Below, piece by piece: positions 49,125 to 64,000 of a DNA stretch of 64,000 nt. Location: NCBI GenBank assembly GCA_963693365.1, contig CAVNZM010000001.1:2806907-2870906 (forward strand), given 5' to 3'. The first letter of the stretch is position 1. Every line of letters begins with the position of its first letter. Below the pieces are notes generated by a model that saw only the letters and a list, made by a program, of their open reading frames with translations, searched no databases and had not been told where the DNA came from. The translations under genes and the position numbers were made by a program. Source of the DNA: Amoebidium appalachense. Taxonomy: Eukaryota; Protista; Ichthyosporea.

Positions 49125-49673
49125 TGGTGGGGAGGGTTAGGAGAGGCAGGAGAGAGCGAAGGAGAGAGAGGACGGACCGTAGGAGTAAGTGATCGGGCTA
49201 GAGAGGAACGGAGGAGAGAGGAGCACGAAGGGCCCCAGGGGGAGGGGAGGAGGAGGGGGGATCGTGCATGAGTTGGGTAAGTTGCTGTTTTTCCGGTCAG
49301 TTTTATCAGGCACAATCACTGACCACACCCAAACACAGGGCTCAGTCGTTCCTGCCCATCACCTATGACGGCATGGATAGTCTGCTGGAAAAGTGTGAGC
49401 AGCTGGTTCCAAAGAGGTAAACTAGCAGAAATAAGAGGGTTGGTGTGTGGGTGTGGGTGTGGGTGTGGGTGTGTGGTTGGGGTGGGGTGGGGTGTGGGTG
49501 GGTGGGTGGGTGGGGTGGGGTGGGGGGGGGGGACGGAAAGGATTGAAGGAGGAGAGGGGGGGAGGGGGTAGCCGGGTGAGAGTGGAGCGGCAAGAGGAGG
49601 AGCCGGAAGGGGATCGGTTGAGAGAGGAAGGAGCAGAGAGACGGATGTAGAGGAGGAGAGAGGGAGACATGCG

Positions 49674-49740
<67 letters not shown>

Positions 49741-51476
49741 AGACACACGCACACAAGCAAAAGAGATATGAGAGAGAGGAGAAAAGGCGAAAGAGAAAAG
49801 GACGAAAGGGGGGCTAGGATAGAGATAGAAAGAAGTGCGAGTGAAAAGGGGGGGAGGGGGAGAGGAGAACGGCGGTCCTGATATAAAAAGCTCTAGTTTT
49901 GATCAGAGAAGATATTGTCAAAGGGGGAGTCCATCGGCCCAGTTATGAGGAGATATAATTGTAGAAAAGGAAGATGTTTCGTGGTGAAGATGGGTGGAAG
50001 CAAAGTGCAAAGGCTCACCGAACACACGATGGCAGACTCTGGTTCAGGGTTGTGAGCGAGTAGTTACGGGCAAGAAGGGGTCTGCTGATACCTTGTTTGG
50101 TCTCTTTCTACACTCCAAGAAAACGGGTGTTGTTTGTTTGATGTGTCCTGCTGACTGGGCTTTACGTTGCTGGCAGGGATGAAAAGGACGGGGTGTCGGC
50201 AGAGAGCACAGAGCAGGCACCAAGCGGATCGGGGAGGAAGGCATCGGGGGTGGTTGCAGATAGGAAGGATAGCTTCAAGCTGACAAGCGTGTTTGGCCTG
50301 ACACGAGGTGTGTGCGTGTGCGCGCGTGTGCATATGTTTGCGTCTGTGAGCCCATCACCCTGGCAGTTGAATGTCAGGCTCTTCAGTCTATCATACAACT
50401 CTGTTACATGCCACACCTGGTTTTCCCACATAGCCACTCTCCCAATCATCTTCTTAACATTCTGAGATTCACAGCATCTACACATCCCTGACCACCCACA
50501 CCTCATCTCCCCAACATACACAGTCACAACCGAACGAACACGAGGTGGGCGTGCCGGCGGCCGCCGCCCAGCCGGCCTAACCTCCCTCATCGTCCCTCCT
50601 GCCCCTGCCCTCCCACCCCACCCTACGGCCGGTGTTGGGGGAGACAGTACACCCGTGGCCGGAAATACCCCTCGACGGAGCACACTGGGCAGTGTGTCAG
50701 ATTTGCAGCTTCAACAGATGCAAGCCCTGCAGGCCACGGCAGACACCCTCACCCAAGGCCCATCCAGCCTGGGCACGGGTGTGCAGGTGGGATTACCGAC
50801 CGGGCCATTATCCGCACGGCAATACCCTCCGTTTGTAACCCCGCGGCCCCAGCCCCTCCACCACGCACCGTACCGTCTTGACAGGGGGAACGCGGGACCA
50901 GGGGTGCACCCTCAACACACAACACCCACTGCGGCAACGTCAGCCGCGGCTACGCTTATGATGCAACTCCAACAACAACAATTACAACAGCAGCAACAGA
51001 TGTTGCAACAGCAACTCACAAGCCCGTTTGGCATACCCGAAATGCTTGCGCAAATGGCTCTCATGTCACCGCACTACCACGCAATGCTCGCAAATTTGAC
51101 ACCCCGCGGGGGTGTGAACGTCGCTGGTGTCGGTGCGACTGCGTTTAACGTTGAGCAACAATTGGCCCTGCAGCAGGGTTTGGGGGGATTGGGTATGGAT
51201 CAGACCCCAACGACATTGGGGATGGGGACGGGGCACGTCAATGTAAATCTTACACCACACATGGGGGCACAAATGGGCATGGGGGGGGTGGGGGTGTCTA
51301 TGGGGACCGGATTGGTCACACCTACACCGTCACCGCGCAATAATGTGGCTGTGGATGCTATGGGGAATGTCGTGGGTATGATGCCTAATGTCCAATCACA
51401 GGTAGGAGCCTACCCCCCCCCCCCCCCCCCCTTTTTTTTTCCCCCTCTTTTTTGTGCTTGTGTTCGTGTGTGTGCA

Positions 51477-51530
<54 letters not shown>

Positions 51531-51631
51531 CTTGAACTCGTGCTCGTGTGTGAGCCATTTGAGGTTGAAAAGAAGTGAATGGTAGAAGGGAGAATACGGC
51601 CAGAAGCATGCTGCTGTTCAAGAAGGAGGGG

Positions 51632-51667
<36 letters not shown>

Positions 51668-51844
51668 GTTTTCTGCTCCCTTAGAGTTCTTTCAATTACT
51701 TGCAATACCCCGGGGGAGGGGGGGGGGGGGGGGGGGGGGGGGGACGTTTTCTGCTCCCTTAGAGTTCTTTCAATTACTTACCCCGGGGGGAGGGGAGGGG
51801 GGTGGGGGGGGACGTTTTCTGGGAGCTCTTTTAAATACCTGCAA

Positions 51845-51925
<81 letters not shown>

Positions 51926-52752
51926 CCTCCCCCCCCCCCCCACCCTTTCGCCCTTCCGAGACCCCTGATTTGTTGTAGCTGGGAGTGGTTTGCGCGCATG
52001 ACCACACAAAAGGGATACAGGCACACACTGTGCTTACACCCACTGCACACATTGCACACCCGATTTACACCTCTCACACTCCATTCCTCCTACCACAGGC
52101 GCTTCAGATGATGTCCAGTGCACCCCTATTGGGTGCAGCCAACCCCCACGTCAACACAGGCACCCTACGTGTGAGTCCCCGCAACACCATGATGGGCCAG
52201 AACATGGGTGCAATGGGCCTACAACCTATGGGTGGTGCCATGCAGAATGTCTCCTCCTTCCACTCTTTGGTTGATACAAACGTCACCGCCAACGTGGGAC
52301 ACATGGGGGGCCAAACCACACCGAGGGGATACATGGAGCATGCTGCTGGTGTCGGTGTGAATCATATTCAGGACCAACCGAACATGGGGTTGAACTTTAA
52401 TCCCACCCGCCCTCTACCTAACCCGGCCATGCATTCCGCACCGGCAGGTCTCTCCCTACCCAACTCCCACTCAACCATGAACACGGGTTCGTTCGGAGAT
52501 TTGAGCGCTGGTGTTTCGGTGCATTTGGACGATTTGCACGTTCCCCCGCTCGAGCTTGGAGATTTGGGCGATCACCACCATTTCGATTTGCACGATTATG
52601 TTTTGGGGCATGGGGATGAAAACACAACTACAAACCTTGATATTAACGTGGATGCTTTGGGATCGACTGATGCGTCGGTAGATGTGACAGGGCTTGAAAT
52701 ACTTGAGCATCATGAGAGCTCTGATGATCATAAAAAGTCGGATATGGGTTAA
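37362..52752 (+). CDS. bHLH-PAS-PAS transcription factor (ARNT/CLOCK/HIF/SIM-superfamily architecture), 16 exons, ~935 aa
   Basis: Exons 37362-37503, 37826-37873, 38322-38407, 39463-39559, 40656-40774, 41807-41893, 42527-42571, 43096-43201, 44073-44171, 44639-44732, 45234-45329, 48727-48774, 49339-49416, 50177-50307, 50524-51401, 52099-52752; all phases match, 2808 nt. bHLH: [28 protein letters not shown]...[18 protein letters not shown]: [16 protein letters not shown]...[17 protein letters not shown]: [29 protein letters not shown]...[14 protein letters not shown]...[13 protein letters not shown]. The tail is Gln/Met/Gly-rich with an acidic end. The first two exons are the least certain. Confidence 0.85.
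38827..38980 (+). repeat. Copy of the dispersed intronic repeat ending in poly(C)
   Basis: About 145 bp nearly identical to the reverse complement of 56515-56661 (AGGTCGAAACTCGGGTACTGTGGATGACGTGGG...CTGAGGATGGGCTCTGCTTATTATGCATAC...GACGCATTCAAACCCCCC). Confidence 0.9.
45349..48358 (+). repeat. Intronic minisatellite, 47 x 64 bp, near-identical units
   Basis: Unit CCCTCGCTCTTACCATAAACCCAGCCACACTGCAATGCCATGTCCACTAAAACCCATGCGCTC(T/C). The anchor CGCTCTTACC recurs every 64 nt from 45353 to 48297. Confidence 0.98.
51666..51845 (+). repeat. Three copies of a ~37-bp unit separated by G runs
   Basis: GACGTTTTCTGCTCCCTTAGAGTTCTTTCAATTACTT at ~51665 and ~51743, with a degenerate third copy at ~51811. 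Confidence 0.8.
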
Positions 52753-53431
52753 GGGTTCGGTTGTTTGCACTTTAGATTTAACAGTGGAAGTGTAATGTTT
52801 ATGAAGCATGGAAAGTGTGTCTTAATATGAATAGGTGTCGTTGTGTTGCTGACTGAAGGTAGATGTTATATATAGTTTGTGCAGGGTTACCAAGTCTTCT
52901 TGTTTTTTCTTTGTGGAATGAACGATTAGGGCATAATCTGTTTAAATTTCTCTCCCACGATTTTTAGTTACCGCTCGAATATTTGATATTTACGCGCGTT
53001 TATGCAGATTTGTATGTTTTCGTTTTTTTTTTGTTTGTCGGATTTTGACTTAATGCGCACGGTACCAATGCGGAATAGCACTGATGATACCATTTTCACC
53101 TTAATAGGTTAGAATGTCTCTATAACCCCATAATCCGTCTAGTATCATATGGCACAAACTCGCCATTTCCGGACCTACATTGTTGCATATGTAAGAGCCA
53201 GTACATCTGCACTTTATATGTTTCATGTGCACTTGGTTGTGCAGAAAGTCGTAGCAGCACATGCATGGATGATATCGATGCATATTCAAACCACAATTGT
53301 ATTAACCGGTCCCGGGTTACAAGGGCCCTGGTGTCGGCATCTTCAACATGGTGCTTCGTGAATTTCACACTAATATAATATTTGCTCCTTCCGAAGTGCT
53401 GCATTGAGTCCGACGGATATATGCTGCTGCA

Positions 53432-53489
<58 letters not shown>

Positions 53490-53652
53490 AAAAAAAAAAA
53501 AAAAAACTAAATAAAACAAAAAATTTAAACCCACCGTAAGAGTTAGTTACACCCACAGTAACCTCCGTGTGTATAGTGCATAAATTTGTAGCCATATGGA
53601 ACCATGTACCATCCTCTTACCCTTAATCTCTCTCTCTCTCTCTCTCCTAGTA

Positions 53653-53693
<41 letters not shown>

Positions 53694-54299
53694 CCCCCCC
53701 CCTTCTCTCTTTATGCTTTTTGATCGACCGTGGGCGAATGTCGACGCGGCCCGGCATGCAACACACGGTGAATTCCCGCTGTGTAATTATAAGATGTCAG
53801 CGTGTGGCACTTGCTCTTTGTAGGTGTGAGCACTTGCTCTTTGTAGGTGTGAGGTACACGTTTTAATTTAAGAGCTGCCCACACTTTTCATGATCATGTT
53901 TCGAGCTCCACACGAAAGTTTATTATTGCACGTTGTTGCAAGCGTGCTTTTCGACACAATCTACTACATAGTAGTTACAGAGACGACAAGAAATTTGTGT
54001 AACACCGTGGTCACTGAGTTGCAAGCGCAAATTACAACGCGCACAGCTAATATGACAACATCTACGTACCTAAATTCTTTAAGTAGTGTCTATTTTCACA
54101 CTTGTGCACATGTTGACGTCAGGTGGGAAGAAGTGTCAACGGAAAAAAAAGAAAAGATAAAAAGAAGGAAAAAAGAAAAAAAGGAAAAAAAAGGAGGGAA
54201 GAGGTATACGAGGTGAAGTGAAGTAAAAGCATTTCCCATGTCACCGGTCTATCGATACAAGGGTATTGATAGAGCACCAACCGAGAGGGGGAGGGGGCA

Positions 54300-54330
<31 letters not shown>

Positions 54331-54842
54331 ATCCCTGAACCAAAGGCAAATCAAAGGCACACCACCACACATGGGCAACTGAGTAAGTCTGAATAGAGAA
54401 GGAAGAAGAAGCAGGAAACAAGCGACTACCAACAGAGGAAGGACAAACAGTAATACGGTACCCTGTTGAATTAGGAGAGAGGAAAGAAATTGTATGTATA
54501 TTGCTGCTGTGATATATACGACTACAACTCTGTGTGTACATGTGGCACCTAGCTCAGCAAGGGCTCAGAAAGCGGTAGGGAAGCGATAATTAAACCAAAT
54601 ATGGGGGTGGTGTCGACACATTCAGCCATCATCAACTAATGTGTGGAGTATTGAATGTCAAACACCACTCTAAATATGGTGTGGGTATTGCGTGTCCAAA
54701 CAATGACACTAACATATTAGGTAGAACAAATACCATATTCTATCGGTGTGGTTCAAGCCCACCAAGCTTCCTCGATCTGAAGTCCAATTACACGATTTCG
54801 GAGCGGCCCATGCTTGAGGTGGACTGGACGTGTGGGGGGGAA

Positions 54843-64000
<9,158 letters not shown>

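Overview
Eukaryotic nuclear DNA with spliceosomal GT-AG introns saturated by (CA)n/(GT)n, (GA)n and poly(G)/poly(C) tracts. Most entries in the ORF track are microsatellite artefacts. Splicing by hand, with reading phase checked at every junction, gave five genes: (1) an intronless secreted Gly/Ser/Thr-rich protein (1661-3364, +); (2) a 10-exon gene for a Pro-rich, coiled-coil protein (10343-21834, +); (3) a 4-exon Met/His-rich mucin-like type I membrane protein (24232-29669, -); (4) a 16-exon bHLH-PAS-PAS transcription factor with a Gln-rich tail (37362-52752, +); (5) the 3' part of ATG7 (54843-64000, -). The bHLH-PAS gene and the intron style suggest a unicellular relative of animals such as an ichthyosporean; this is inference only. 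Non-coding features are a PIF/Harbinger MITE with TTA target duplication, a small pogo/Tc1-like MITE, a 47 x 64-bp intronic minisatellite, NF-Y-type promoters, and a dispersed intronic repeat that ends in poly(C) and carries hammerhead-core-like motifs. A recurring X-n-X'-n-X micro-palindrome signature resembles hairpin-mediated transposon excision footprints. No rRNA, tRNA or CRISPR array could be supported.
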